In this document: positions 8,969 to 17,570 of the stretch, piece by piece
Position numbering within the stretch: the stretch's first letter is position 1
Layout: every line of letters begins with the position of its first letter
NCBI GenBank assembly: GCA_964473815.1
Contig: CAYYQK010000005.1
Location: 3,847-67,846 of the forward strand
Source: an uncultured Candidatus Saccharibacteria bacterium
GTDB taxonomy: Bacteria; Patescibacteriota; Doudnabacteria; UBA920
Length of the DNA: 64,000 nt
Direction: 5' to 3'
The notes under the pieces: generated by a model
Told to the model about the DNA's origin: nothing
What the model saw: the letters and a program-made list of their open reading frames with translations, nothing else
Database searches by the model: none
Position numbers and translations under genes: made by a program

Positions 8969-9994
8969 TTAACGGATGACCCGACTGTCATTTGGCACCA
9001 GCACAGGCAAGCCGGGATGATTCTTTAAGACCAAAAGGTCATTGGCATTGGCCGGAACCAGGTACTGAGCCAAACCGCCGTTGCTTAAGAAGATGTCCCA
9101 GCTTGGCACGCCAATCAGTCCCTGGGAGCCGATGTAATAAACTGTCCCTCTGTTTATTACCCAGGAACTCCAGGGGTGGGACTGGGTCGGTGAAGATAGA
9201 AAGTAACTGTCGGCTAAACGGTAACCGGGTAAGTTATCGGAAATAACATTATCTAGTTTATATCCTAATCCGACAAACGCTGGCCAGGAAGTAAAGCCCA
9301 CGGCCACGTACGGTTCAGTAATTAAGTAAATGGTTCCCTGGTAATTAACCAAAGTGCTGGGCGGATAAGAAGGAGGCATAGTCAGCGGTGCTTGCAAGCC
9401 GGGCGGGTTCGCCGGTGGCGGGACATTGGGTTGGCTTGACGGCGGAATGTAACTCCCACCACTGCCTCCACTACCTCCGGTGCCGCCGGAAGCAGGCCGC
9501 CACGTTGTGATAACTTTATAATCCACAGTGCCGCAGGAAGCAGTATCCGCACAGTTAAAAACAATCCAGCCCACGTTTTCGCCGTAAGCCGCGCCGTGGA
9601 ACACACCGCTGCTGTCTATGGTCACGCCAGCTCCAGCAGGGTTAAAGTGAAGCCAGCCCACGTTTTCGCCGTAGGCATAGCCGGCAAGCGTGCCATTAGT
9701 GTTAGACACCTTATAATCCACAGTGCCGCAGGAGGAAGTATTGGCACAATTCAGCGAAAGCCAGCCCACGTTTTCGCCGTAGGCATAGCCTGTCAAGGCT
9801 GAATCGGTTACGGTAACGTTGCCGGCCGAGATGCCGAAGTCCAGCCAACCGATATTTTCACCGTAAGCGTAACGGTTGGCAGGCTCAATAGTGCCTGTAG
9901 AGGCATGGACGCTGGGTGGGGCGAAAAACAATGCGATCGTTAAAGCAGCAATAATCGCAGCGTATACCTGCCGTTTATAGTAGTATAATTTCAT
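8969..9994 (-). CDS. Secreted repeat protein (four ~38-aa 'GYAYGENVGWL...N' repeats, Gly/Pro-rich linker, C-terminal domain), hypothetical
   Basis: N-terminal signal peptide; repeats 'YAYGENIGWLDFG', 'YAYGENVGWLSLNC', 'YAYGENVGWLHFNP', 'AAYGENVGWIVFNC', each followed by 'SCGTVDYKV'-like segments; 'GGTGGSGGSGGS' and poly-Pro linker. Confidence 0.5.
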   Translation of the reverse strand: MKLYYYKRQVYAAIIAALTIALFFAPPSVHASTGTIEPANRYAYGENIGWLDFGISAGNVTVTDSALTGYAYGENVGWLSLNCANTSSCGTVDYKVSNTNGTLAGYAYGENVGWLHFNPAGAGVTIDSSGVFHGAAYGENVGWIVFNCADTASCGTVDYKVITTWRPASGGTGGSGGSGGSYIPPSSQPNVPPPANPPGLQAPLTMPPSYPPSTLVNYQGTIYLITEPYVAVGFTSWPAFVGLGYKLDNVISDNLPGYRLADSYFLSSPTQSHPWSSWVINRGTVYYIGSQGLIGVPSWDIFLSNGGLAQYLVPANANDLLVLKNHPGLPVLVPNDSRVIR

Positions 9995-10032
9995 TTGGTT
10001 TCTAGGTTATTGACTTTGCACTTATTATATCA

Positions 10033-10041
10033 CCCCCCCCC
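10033..10041. repeat. C9/G9 homopolymer tract about 40 bp upstream of the start codon of gene 8969..9994
   Basis: Direct count gives nine consecutive C on the + strand, in the intergenic leader. Confidence 0.9.
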
Positions 10042-10717
10042 TTGATTTACAAGAAACTAGCCTAAAAACAGGCCTTTCTGTAGTATCCAAACTTATGTTC
10101 TATTCAATTGACAAGTGCCTGTTAAAATATGTCGCTAAAGATACTCATGATTACAAAATACTTCCCATATCTTGGTTAATTAATCACGCAGCAATGAAGT
10201 TTTCTAGGTTTTCGCTCATTATATAAATAATGTAGCAAGGATAGCCAAAAATTTAAAAAATCAGCATCGAAGTACTGATACTTTTTAATAGTCGTATTAA
10301 CTGGACTTTATTTCTGTTTTGTATTCTTCTCCCATCTTTCTTTGGACTTTTGGTCTTGGTTTTGGTATTTAGTTTTGGGGTTTGTAGTTTTGGAATTAGT
10401 TCTTTTGGTGGTCTTTGGGTTTTAAGAGTGGTGTTGGTTTTTTTAGTTAGATATGTTGACCTTGTAGTACGGTGTCGTTCAGTGGATTCTCTGGTGAGAG
10501 TAATAGTCAACGGATTGGCTATTAACTTTGAGCAGTAAAACCAATGGTTTTAGCTTCTCAACTAGTTGAACCCTAGTTCAACTAGTTCTTCCACCAGTTC
10601 CTCATACACTGAACACCTCCATCATATCTCAAAAATAACCTTTGTCAAGCGGGAATTTCGGAATGTGGGTATGGCAGGAGTTAAACCTCTTTCCCAGCTT
10701 GACGGATATACAGGGTT

Positions 10718-11467
10718 TTAGTAAAGTTCAGGGTTGCCCACCAGTAAAACACCCTTATTTATGAGGTGTTTTTTTATTAAGCGGGTCTGTGTTCTTAATG
10801 GTAATATTTTAGTCAAAAAAAGGCGTCTCTTTAATGGATCGCCATGGCAAATCACTCCAAAGTTTGGAGATTTTACCGCTTGAATTACCTTGAAAGATTT
10901 ATCGAGCGATAAATACTCACGACCATTAATGATGACTGGCTTGGCCCAGAAATGGGCAAGCTTTTCACCAAAATAATCATTCTCGTACAAAGCTGAAGCA
11001 ACTCGTTCGTGACGGCTTGGTAAATAACGCGGGCAAGCAACCGGATCAAAGTCGTGCCTTGATTTCTCCCACATTGCCTGAAAAGTTTCAGTAACACTAT
11101 TCCACACATTCATCAGAATGGAGTATGGAATGTCACCGTTAAGTATTAAGGAATGCAAATTATGCAATCCCCGACACTCGGAAATCATAACCTCATAACC
11201 ATCCACTGTTTCTTCCCATAGCACTTTAGGCAAGTGTTCCTCTATATAAGGAGAGAGCTGAGCCTTTCGGACAGCCTCTTCTTTCAGTGAAATTCTGGAT
11301 TTGTCCACGCATTTCACAGCATAAAGAAAAAAAGTGCCAGGGTGCCGAAAGATCGACACCCGGGCACCAGAACTACCAGGATATGACATAAGGATTAAGT
11401 CGAGGTCAGAGTCTTCTTGCAGCATCAGCTTAACTGCCTTGCTGGCTACTCGAACAATCTCTAGCAT
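10718..11467 (-). CDS. Phosphotransferase (APH/choline-kinase-like) family protein
   Basis: 249 aa; 'VICHGDP' catalytic-loop-like motif; weak. Confidence 0.35.
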   Translation of the reverse strand: MLEIVRVASKAVKLMLQEDSDLDLILMSYPGSSGARVSIFRHPGTFFLYAVKCVDKSRISLKEEAVRKAQLSPYIEEHLPKVLWEETVDGYEVMISECRGLHNLHSLILNGDIPYSILMNVWNSVTETFQAMWEKSRHDFDPVACPRYLPSRHERVASALYENDYFGEKLAHFWAKPVIINGREYLSLDKSFKVIQAVKSPNFGVICHGDPLKRRLFLTKILPLRTQTRLIKKHLINKGVLLVGNPELY

Positions 11468-11489
11468 ACTACCTCCCTGACTTACTCGG

Positions 11490-12500
11490 TTAGAAGTAAT
11501 CGATGCGCATCGCGGCCTTAACTTCCGAAAGGGTTTGCTGAGCCACTTTTTCTGCAGCTGCAGTACCTTTCTTCAGCATAGCCATGACCTCACCGGGATC
11601 CTTGGCAAATTCTTCCCGCTTTTTACGAATCGGGTCGAGCTCTGCCATAAGAATTTCCAGCAATCTTTTCTTAACGGTCACGTCTCCGAGACCACCACGC
11701 TGATAATGCGCCTTGAGCTCTGTCACCTCATCGGTATTAGAGTCAAAAGCATCCAGATATGAAAACACCGTATTCCCTTTCAAGGAACCAGGATCTTCAA
11801 CTCGGATATGGTTTGGATCTGTGTACATTGACATGACCTTCTTCTTCAACTCATCGGGACCCTCGGATAAATAAATGGCATTCCCTAATGACTTGCCCAT
11901 CTTTGCCTTTCCGTCGATACCAGATAGACGAGTTACATCCGAAAGTAGAGATGTCGGTTTAACCAATACCTCGGTCTTGTAAGTGCGGTTAAAAGTCTGA
12001 ACGATTTCGCGGGTTTGTTCCAGCATTGGTAGCTGGTCCTCGCCCACAGGAACCAAGTCAGCTTTAAATGCTGTAATATCAGCGGCTTGACTGACAGGGT
12101 AACAGAGGAATCCAGCAGGGATACTAGCTCCGAACTCCTTTTGCTTTATCTCTTCTTTCACTGTAGGATTGCGTTGCAACCGAGCGACAGTTACGAGATT
12201 AAGATAGTACATTGTCAGCTCCGATAATTGCGGGATCAACGATTGAATAAAGATCGTGCTCTTCGTAGGATCAATGCCAACCGCCAAATAATCCAACGCG
12301 ACATCCAAAATACTCTTCCGGACTTTATCCGGATTAGAGAAATTGTCAGTCAACGCTTGAACATCGGCGATCATGACAAACTGTTTGTGGTCTTCTTGAA
12401 GCTCAACTCGCTTTTTAAGCGAGCCGAGAAAATGGCCAAGATGAAGCGCTCCTGTAGGGCGATCACCGGTTAATACAACTTTTCGCTTGGTATTTTTCAT
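11490..12500 (-). CDS. trpS: Tryptophan--tRNA ligase
   Basis: 336 aa; HIGH motif 'TGALHLGHF', KMSKS motif 'KMGKS'; size typical of TrpRS rather than TyrRS. Confidence 0.8.
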   Translation of the reverse strand: MKNTKRKVVLTGDRPTGALHLGHFLGSLKKRVELQEDHKQFVMIADVQALTDNFSNPDKVRKSILDVALDYLAVGIDPTKSTIFIQSLIPQLSELTMYYLNLVTVARLQRNPTVKEEIKQKEFGASIPAGFLCYPVSQAADITAFKADLVPVGEDQLPMLEQTREIVQTFNRTYKTEVLVKPTSLLSDVTRLSGIDGKAKMGKSLGNAIYLSEGPDELKKKVMSMYTDPNHIRVEDPGSLKGNTVFSYLDAFDSNTDEVTELKAHYQRGGLGDVTVKKRLLEILMAELDPIRKKREEFAKDPGEVMAMLKKGTAAAEKVAQQTLSEVKAAMRIDYF

Positions 12501-12896
12501 TTCTATATTCTCCCTACAGGATAACTATTTTAGAGCTGCACTGTCAAAATCTAACACCTTAGAATTCTGGATATCCCCCTTGGAATTAGCAAAGTGCAAT
12601 TGTAAAACAAGATATGTTTTACCTAATATTAAATCACAAACCAAACTTCTTGTAAACCCCCTAAACTGCACTCAAAGACATAATTTAAGGCCCTCTTCTT
12701 GCCGTATCGCTCCCTTTAGGCTATATTATGAAGTCTCCGAAATAACAGGATACCACCGCAAAATATAGTCCTTAATAGGTTCCAAGTTTTTTGAGATCAT
12801 GTCCCCCAAAAAATAAATACCATTTTTGTATCTTTGCTTCAAGGATGTAGAAGTGGTATTTATTTTAGAAACAAACCAGATACGGAGGATCAGTTA

Positions 12897-13427
12897 ATGT
12901 TTAAAAAAGTTTCCGTGTTGCTGATTTTAGTAACACTCTTTACGGGAGCGGTAGCAGCGGCTCCTACCGCTCTAACTGCAGCTATGAACCGAGCTGACCA
13001 AGCTGTTCAGCTCGTTAAAGTTAATCATGATCATTTGACCCTCAGCAATCAACAGCTCGCTGAGACAGTCAAGACATTTCCGTCGAGCAAGAAATTACTA
13101 CGAGCGATACTTGCCCGAAATTACTTTGACTCAACCGAATTCGGTTCGAGCAAAGAGTTAGCCGATAAGGCGATGACTGATCTGGGTCGCATGATTGAAG
13201 GATGCGGGTTCAATGGAACGGTCTGGTTCCTAAGAGAACCAACTTCCAACGGTTATACCTCGCTCGATCACCCTAACGTTTCATTTTGCTCTTCCGTTAA
13301 AACTGGCGAATTAGGCGAAGCTAACAAACTGCGCTCCAAGCTGGTTAGCGAGATGAAAGAAATGACAGTGCCCGAAAATTTTGCAAACAATATCAATGAA
13401 GGAATTCGGCTGTCAGCCTATCGGTAA
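12897..13427 (+). CDS. Secreted hypothetical protein
   Basis: Signal peptide 'MFKKVSVLLILVTLFTGAVAAAP'; no recognised domain. ORF track starts at 12834; the internal Met at 12897 is preferred. Confidence 0.4.
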   Translation: MFKKVSVLLILVTLFTGAVAAAPTALTAAMNRADQAVQLVKVNHDHLTLSNQQLAETVKTFPSSKKLLRAILARNYFDSTEFGSSKELADKAMTDLGRMIEGCGFNGTVWFLREPTSNGYTSLDHPNVSFCSSVKTGELGEANKLRSKLVSEMKEMTVPENFANNINEGIRLSAYR

Positions 13428-13500
13428 GGAAACCGATCGAACGCCGTCTTTTGGCCCAGAGATAATATCAACGGGTCTTTTTTTATTGTCTATTAATGGC

Positions 13501-13529
13501 TTGACTATACCATACTTATGTGGTATAAT
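13501..13529 (+). promoter_or_regulatory. Canonical sigma-70 promoter (TTGACT - 17 bp - TGgTATAAT extended -10) for the GC-rich island
   Basis: Exact TTGACT and TATAAT hexamers with a 17-bp spacer and TG at -15/-14, about 40 bp upstream of ATG 13570; an AAGGAG RBS precedes the ATG. Confidence 0.6.
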
Positions 13530-13569
13530 ATAGCAAATAAATTTCAATTTAAAGGAGACCTTATAAACT

Positions 13570-14370
13570 ATGGAAAAAACATCCAATAGCGCTTCATTGA
13601 GTGTATCTGTTCAAAATGAACTCACGATCACCTCCCCCGAGCTCTTAATAGGAGCGAAAGATATGGGTTACCGCCCTGAACTTCTTCTCAAAAGGATTCA
13701 GGAGCATCTCCCCAATCCGGTTGAGGCTCGCCTCTATCTCGCGACAGGAGCCAAACTCCGGCATAGACCGAGCACCTTCAGTACCTTATTGAGAGAGTTG
13801 CTGGGTGGAGATGAAATCCACGAGGCAGACTTACTCGCTCGGTACGAAAACAGCGCGCGCAAGTTCGACAAACTGTTGTCGGATTTAGAGATAGCTTTTA
13901 CCCTAATCCTGCGCGCTCCGATTGACTACAACGGATTGAGAATTGGCGCCCAAACCGCGGCTCGGCTGGTCATTGCATACAGCGATGAAACCGATTCCTT
14001 TTTGGCATCAATAGTCGAAAACATCCCGGATATCGGAGATCTTTTTGGCTACAAACCAATTCCCTCCTACAGGACGAGCAGGTATCGGGACGACAGCTAC
14101 GTGTTTTACCCGGCAGAGAAAATTACCGGGCACGCTTTGGGATTCTGGGGACAAGTGATTTACCCTGAATTCGTAAAAGAAGGCCGACCCTACCCGACCG
14201 AGTTTCTCGATTACTTCGACGACAACGAACAGTATCGCCACGAAGCTTTCGCCTCCATGCAGGATGTCGAAAGATATGTTGACGATGAGGAACTAATTCC
14301 GTCGGAACTGAAAACGGTGGGCGGCTATTTCAAACTCGGTCAACCGAGCAAACCCAACTCTGGAGGATAA
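13570..14370 (+). CDS. Hypothetical protein, island gene 1
   Basis: 266 aa, no recognisable motif; GC-elevated; strong RBS; 2-bp gap to the next gene. Confidence 0.5.
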   Translation: MEKTSNSASLSVSVQNELTITSPELLIGAKDMGYRPELLLKRIQEHLPNPVEARLYLATGAKLRHRPSTFSTLLRELLGGDEIHEADLLARYENSARKFDKLLSDLEIAFTLILRAPIDYNGLRIGAQTAARLVIAYSDETDSFLASIVENIPDIGDLFGYKPIPSYRTSRYRDDSYVFYPAEKITGHALGFWGQVIYPEFVKEGRPYPTEFLDYFDDNEQYRHEAFASMQDVERYVDDEELIPSELKTVGGYFKLGQPSKPNSGG

Positions 14371-14372
14371 CG

Positions 14373-15701
14373 ATGAGCGTTTTTAACACAGAGGATTTGA
14401 TGAAAGCCATGTTAGGTGATCAAAAGAATCCTCTTCGGACCATCGGGTTCAGCAGTGAGCTCCTCCGTTTGGGTTTGAGTGAAGACGAATTGTGGGGATT
14501 TGCAAAAAAGGTCGCTCGCGATCTAACTGCAATCCTTCACCCTGACGCTAATAACTCGGACGAACGGGAAGCAGCTGTTGAAATTACCACAGCATTTCAG
14601 TCCCTAAAAGACAGAAATACTTTCCTGCGATCACTACGGGAATTTAAACACACTTACAACGAGGATCGTTCTAACGAAAACTTGAAAAAGCGTTCGCATG
14701 ATGCACAGCAAACCCGCGTTGACGAGCTGTCGAGGAAACTAAGAAAGGCTAGCGAGGTAAACGAAAACCTCTCAAGGGAAATTGGGAACTTGAGAGGGAA
14801 ACTAATAACCAAAACAGGCTCTGACATAGTTTTGCTTACCAATCCCAAGGATATGTCCCGCAAGCCGTTGCAACAAATTCGTATGCTCCGGCAAGCGCGA
14901 TTGGCGATCGCCATGTTCGTGCACGTTGCTACGTGGCAAGGCGTACCGGAAAGCCCGGAACGGTTAGAGGAGATCTTGAATAAGTATCAACTTGACCGAA
15001 AACGGGCTCTGAAGCAAATTGCTAACTTCAACGAAACGCACAAATCCAAGCGCATACTTGGGGGCGTGAAGGGTGACTTAATGTCTGGACACGTTGAACA
15101 AGCCCACCATGATTTAATGAAAGGTGGATTTGCTTCCAAAGTGTTCCAAGAGATGGTCCAAGAAGCGAACAAGCAACCGATACCAACTCTGAACTGGGAC
15201 TTTAATCGCTGCTTGCAGCAGTACAGCATCGCGAAAGGCGGTACTTACAAACGCCCGGTTCCAGATCCGACAGAAGTGCTGCAGAAAAGTTGCTTTGATT
15301 TTGACACCATCAAGCAGGTGTACAAGTCGCAGTTCGAGCAAGTTACTAATTTTCTCAGTCCTCACCTGGACCGCATTTCTGAAGTTTACATCCATCCTGA
15401 AGTCATAGACCTCACAGGTGGTATGCTGAATGATAATGTGGTAGTCGGGAGCGCGTTTCTGGGTGACAGCAATGTAGACCTCGGGGATAACCGTGCGATA
15501 TTTAACCTCGGTTCATTCCCCCTCGATCTATCTCGCCGTTACCTTTGCGAAGGCGGCCTGGTCGCGGTTGCTAATCCCATAAAGATAGGTATTGTTGGAC
15601 AAACATCTGCTGAGCGTGCAGCGCAGGTATCAGTTAAGCTGGCGAACAAAATCACCAGCTCGAACATGTATAGCTCGCGCATTCTAATAGAGTTTCTCTA
15701 A
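14373..15701 (+). CDS. J-domain (DnaJ-like, HPD motif) protein with coiled-coil and an unknown C-terminal domain, island gene 2
   Basis: N-terminal 'LGLSEDELWGFAKKVARDLTAILHPDANNSDEREAAVEITTAFQSLKD' matches the J-domain helix II-HPD-helix III pattern; central charged coiled-coil; GGAGG RBS. Confidence 0.55.
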   Translation: MSVFNTEDLMKAMLGDQKNPLRTIGFSSELLRLGLSEDELWGFAKKVARDLTAILHPDANNSDEREAAVEITTAFQSLKDRNTFLRSLREFKHTYNEDRSNENLKKRSHDAQQTRVDELSRKLRKASEVNENLSREIGNLRGKLITKTGSDIVLLTNPKDMSRKPLQQIRMLRQARLAIAMFVHVATWQGVPESPERLEEILNKYQLDRKRALKQIANFNETHKSKRILGGVKGDLMSGHVEQAHHDLMKGGFASKVFQEMVQEANKQPIPTLNWDFNRCLQQYSIAKGGTYKRPVPDPTEVLQKSCFDFDTIKQVYKSQFEQVTNFLSPHLDRISEVYIHPEVIDLTGGMLNDNVVVGSAFLGDSNVDLGDNRAIFNLGSFPLDLSRRYLCEGGLVAVANPIKIGIVGQTSAERAAQVSVKLANKITSSNMYSSRILIEFL

Positions 15702-15729
15702 GAGATTCTGATTTATTCCATATTCAAGG

Positions 15730-15757
15730 CCCGTCGTTCAAATGACGGGTCTTTTTT
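15730..15757 (+). terminator. Rho-independent terminator
   Basis: Stem cccgtc/gacggg with an 8-nt loop followed by T6. Confidence 0.6.
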
Positions 15758-15839
15758 ATTTCCCAAATTTTAATTCCTTTACACTGAAAGCATTTAAATA
15801 TAGACTGATTGCAAGTTCCATAAGGAGGAAACTTTCAAA

Positions 15840-17438
15840 ATGAAACCAAAAACATTGGAGGTGGTCTTAGTAAAGCCTTCAAAATACCTGCCCAACGGCT
15901 TCGTCGAGCGGTATAGACGGGGCTTTCTACCAAACATAACGCCATATCATATAGAGAGTTTGACTCCGAAAATGATTGGTGACACCAAAGTCAGAACCCG
16001 GATCGTCGACGAATACACTGCTCCGGATCTCAATTACTTTCGTCTCTTGCAAGCACCGTACGAACGCGATGTTGAACGTTTGGTTGCTTTTGTGGGAACG
16101 CAAAGTCATCAGTTTCCAAGAGCCGCAGATCTTGCTGCTCTCGCAGCCAAAAACGGCGTTAAAGCTGTCATCGGCGGTCCGCATCCAATGACCTGTAACA
16201 CAGAGGCACACCAAGGCAAAGGCGTGAGTTTTGCCCTTGCTGAAGGTGAACTTGTGTGGGGTCAGATTCTAGCCGACGCAATCAATGGCGAACTACAACC
16301 AGTTTACGGTAAGGATCAACGGTGGCAACACGAGCTTGAATCGACCGTAGTGAAACCGCCTCCGCCACATGTTTTGGATCGTTCTTTGGTTCGCATGCAC
16401 GGCGCATATCCAGCCCGAGGCTGCCCTTTCAAATGCACTTACTGCTCAGTGACCCAAATCTCTGGGCATGTTGTCAGGAAGCAAAGCGTCGAAGCGACAA
16501 TGGCCAGTTTGCATCTCGCGAAGAAGGCCAAAATCCAACTGATCGTTTTTGGTTCTGATAACTTCAACAAATTCGAAGATGCTGTTGAGTTACTGCATGC
16601 GATGATCGAGGAAAAAATTAACATCCCGTTCTTTGTCCAATGCGATACCCAAATCGCGGATGATGAAGAATTGGTCGAGTTGCTTGGCCGAGCGGGATGC
16701 GAATTTATCTTCGTGGGCGTGGAAAGTTTTGATGTTGCGACCCTTCAGGCCGCGAAAAAAACGCAAAACAAACCAGAAAAGTACGCGAAGATTATTGAGT
16801 ACTGCCGGAAATACGGCATCGCCTCAACCTTCTCGAACATCATCGGGTTTCCCAATGACACCGTAGAAAGTGTCAAAGGCCATATTCGCCTGGTCACAGA
16901 GATGGCTCCGGGAATGGCTTGGTTTTACATCCTCACGCCGATCCCGGGAACCAGGGATTACGAACAATTCCTGCGCGACGGATTGATAACGGAAAAAAAT
17001 CTCGATCGGTTCGACTGCACTGTGCCGGTTTGGAATCATCCGAATCTATCTCACCAACAACTCCTCGACCTTCAGTTTGGTGCGTATCAGGAATTTTACG
17101 GAATTCGAAATTCGTTCAAGCGCGTAATGAACGAGTGGTGGAATAAGCATCTTTCTGGAACGCAAAGCTATCGTCTGCTGGGCTTCAATCAGCTGATGAA
17201 TATGGCTGCCGCTCGTCAAAGACATCCCATGTCTGGCGGGGTTGGTCGACGGAATCTCGACAGGAATGTCGACTTTGCCCACATTCGCAGATCGACTTAC
17301 GGATACGATCTGTTGCCCCTTCCGGACCGATTAGAAGTACCGGAAAAAGATCAGGCCTTCACGCAAATTCACTTGTCAGGATCTTTAAAGAACCTCAAGA
17401 AAAAGCGCGAAGAGCAAAACCTAAAAATTGCGGCCTAA
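15840..17438 (+). CDS. B12-binding-domain radical SAM enzyme (class B rSAM-like), island gene 3
   Basis: 532 aa; N-terminal Rossmann-like region; 'GCPFKCTYCSV' CxxxCxxC radical-SAM cluster motif; perfect AAGGAGG RBS. Confidence 0.7.
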   Translation: MKPKTLEVVLVKPSKYLPNGFVERYRRGFLPNITPYHIESLTPKMIGDTKVRTRIVDEYTAPDLNYFRLLQAPYERDVERLVAFVGTQSHQFPRAADLAALAAKNGVKAVIGGPHPMTCNTEAHQGKGVSFALAEGELVWGQILADAINGELQPVYGKDQRWQHELESTVVKPPPPHVLDRSLVRMHGAYPARGCPFKCTYCSVTQISGHVVRKQSVEATMASLHLAKKAKIQLIVFGSDNFNKFEDAVELLHAMIEEKINIPFFVQCDTQIADDEELVELLGRAGCEFIFVGVESFDVATLQAAKKTQNKPEKYAKIIEYCRKYGIASTFSNIIGFPNDTVESVKGHIRLVTEMAPGMAWFYILTPIPGTRDYEQFLRDGLITEKNLDRFDCTVPVWNHPNLSHQQLLDLQFGAYQEFYGIRNSFKRVMNEWWNKHLSGTQSYRLLGFNQLMNMAAARQRHPMSGGVGRRNLDRNVDFAHIRRSTYGYDLLPLPDRLEVPEKDQAFTQIHLSGSLKNLKKKREEQNLKIAA

Positions 17439-17460
17439 GAATCCGCATTGTTATAACCAT

Positions 17461-17489
17461 GAGCCGCTCCACGAGTCGGCTCCTTTTTT
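17461..17489 (+). terminator. Rho-independent terminator
   Basis: gagccg...cggctc hairpin followed by a T-run. Confidence 0.6.
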
Positions 17490-17502
17490 ATACATAGTTA
17501 AA

Positions 17503-17539
17503 GCCCGCCGCTACTTCAAGCGACGGGCCTTATTTTTTT
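17503..17539 (+). terminator. Second tandem rho-independent terminator
   Basis: gcccgccgct / agcgacgggc stem (1 mismatch) followed by tattttttt. Confidence 0.5.
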
Positions 17540-17570
17540 ATTTAAGTTTTAGAAAATTTTATTTTCTAAA

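Noticed and set aside
9400-9900. Tandemly repeated nucleotide segments (~110-bp period) that could be mistaken for a CRISPR-like array
   Set aside because: The repeats are in-frame protein repeats (YAYGENVGWL…) of a secreted protein. There are no short unique spacers, no cas genes, and unit lengths are irregular.
10253-10538. Overlapping 85-aa (-) and 62-aa (+) ORFs in the intergenic GT-rich region
   Set aside because: Both translate low-complexity repeats (KT-rich or VL/FG-rich) from a compositionally skewed tract. They are mutually exclusive overlapping frames without RBS.
10740-10780. Hairpin plus T-run resembling a rho-independent terminator
   Set aside because: It lies inside the last 20 codons of ORF 10718..11467. 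Either the ORF ends earlier or the hairpin is coding, so it is not reported as a terminator feature.
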